From Bdellovibrionales bacterium (GTDB lineage Bacteria; Bdellovibrionota; Bdellovibrionia; Bdellovibrionales; JAMPXM01), in assembly GCA_043739185.1 (NCBI GenBank), contig JAYUEN010000217.1:1-15618 (forward strand): 15,618 bases of DNA, in the 5' to 3' direction. How positions within the stretch are numbered: the first letter of the stretch is position 1; the number at the start of each line of letters is the position of its first letter. Positions 14,806 through 15,618 of the stretch are shown piece by piece. The position numbers were made by a program, and so were the translations under genes. The notes below the pieces were generated by a model. That model searched no databases and was not told the origin of the DNA. It worked only from the letters and a program-made list of their open reading frames with translations.

Positions 14806-15618
14806 TGGCAGCAAAAGCCGCCACAAAAAGCGTAAATAAAAAGAAGATTGGTATTCTCACCGCGGGTGGAGATGCTCCAGGCCTCAACGGAATTCTTGAG
14901 GCCAGCTGCAGAAGTTTACTCATGGCCGGCTACGAAATTGTGGGAATTTGTGACGGCTTCGAAGGAATTTTCGAGGGACGAACCAAACCCATTAACTTTG
15001 AAACCCTGCGCGGCATTCATTCTCAAGCGGGCACTTATTTGGGTAGCTCCAATCGTTCTACAGTTCGAAAACGCGAAAAAGAATTTGTACAAAAATACAA
15101 AGCATTGGGTCTTAGAGGTCTTCTGGTAGCAGGAGGCGACGGCACCTTCAACTCACTTTCACTGGTAGCCAAAGATATACCTTTGATCGGCGTTCCGAAG
15201 ACAATTGATAATGATCTGTCGGGAACAGAAGTGACCTTTGGATATGATACCGCTTGCTCGGTCGTAAGCGATGCTGTTGACGCGCTTAGGGCAACCGCTG
15301 ATGCCCACAAGCGAGTGATCATTGTCGAAGCGATGGGACGAACTTCGGGGTGGATTGCCTTAGGTGGTGGACTTGCCGGCTATGCCGATGCGATTTTAAT
15401 TCCGGAGCGACCCTACAATAAAAAGAAGTTTTTAGAATTCTTAAGACATCAACAAAACCGAGGTGCACGCGGAATTTTGGTGGTTGTGAGTGAAGGCGCG
15501 AAAGCGCAAGGTGAAAAAGCGCAAGTTGCCTTCGAAGTCAAAGATAGTCCCGAAGCTATACGTCTTGGAGGAATTGCTCAAAGTCTCGCGCGCTGGATTG
15601 AAAAAGAAATCGGCTGGG
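14805..15618 (+). CDS. pfkA: 6-phosphofructokinase (PfkA family), 3'-truncated by the window edge; not in the ORF track
   Basis: Manual translation from ATG 14805 (TAATG overlap): KIGILTAGGDAPGLN, DGFEG, GTYLGSS, GGDGT (15132), GVPKTIDND (PKT at 15195), TFGYDTA, VEAMGRTSGWIAL, ILIPE, VVSEG, RLGG. No stop before the window end. Confidence 0.96.
   Translation, partial: MAAKAATKSVNKKKIGILTAGGDAPGLNGILEASCRSLLMAGYEIVGICDGFEGIFEGRTKPINFETLRGIHSQAGTYLGSSNRSTVRKREKEFVQKYKALGLRGLLVAGGDGTFNSLSLVAKDIPLIGVPKTIDNDLSGTEVTFGYDTACSVVSDAVDALRATADAHKRVIIVEAMGRTSGWIALGGGLAGYADAILIPERPYNKKKFLEFLRHQQNRGARGILVVVSEGAKAQGEKAQVAFEVKDSPEAIRLGGIAQSLARWIEKEIGW

Noticed and set aside
14848..15322. Track ORFs 14848-15129 (+) and 15035-15322 (-)
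   Set aside because: Both overlap the clear pfkA frame starting at 14805.

Overview
A gene-dense bacterial chromosomal window with no rRNA, tRNA, CRISPR array, transposase or prophage genes that I can recognise. The gene content (stand-alone TonB-C/AgmX-like protein, Myxococcus/Bdellovibrio-style E1 pair, sigma-54 promoters, many secreted hypotheticals) suggests Bdellovibrionota or a related deltaproteobacterium-like lineage; this is inference only. Order: 3' part of topA; a structured ~200-nt spacer; a sigma-54 promoter with upstream palindrome ahead of two secreted Cys-containing proteins; a HAD-like protein; an S41 tail-specific protease; a 120-bp palindromic ERIC/MITE-like element; a small secreted TonB-C/AgmX-like protein; a translationally coupled E1alpha-E1beta-methyltransferase-coiled-coil operon; pyrE (-); a 46-aa membrane peptide behind a second sigma-54 motif (absent from the ORF track); two minus-strand hypotheticals, one with an Hfq/Sm-like motif; an EEP-family enzyme; an 81-aa protein coupled to a 6-phosphofructokinase gene that runs off the window (also absent from the track). 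The best leads are the sigma-54-linked small membrane peptide, the 120-bp element, the Sm/Hfq-like domain protein and the hairpin-rich region after topA. I see no complete, clearly novel multi-gene system. All family calls come from motif recognition by eye, not from database searches.
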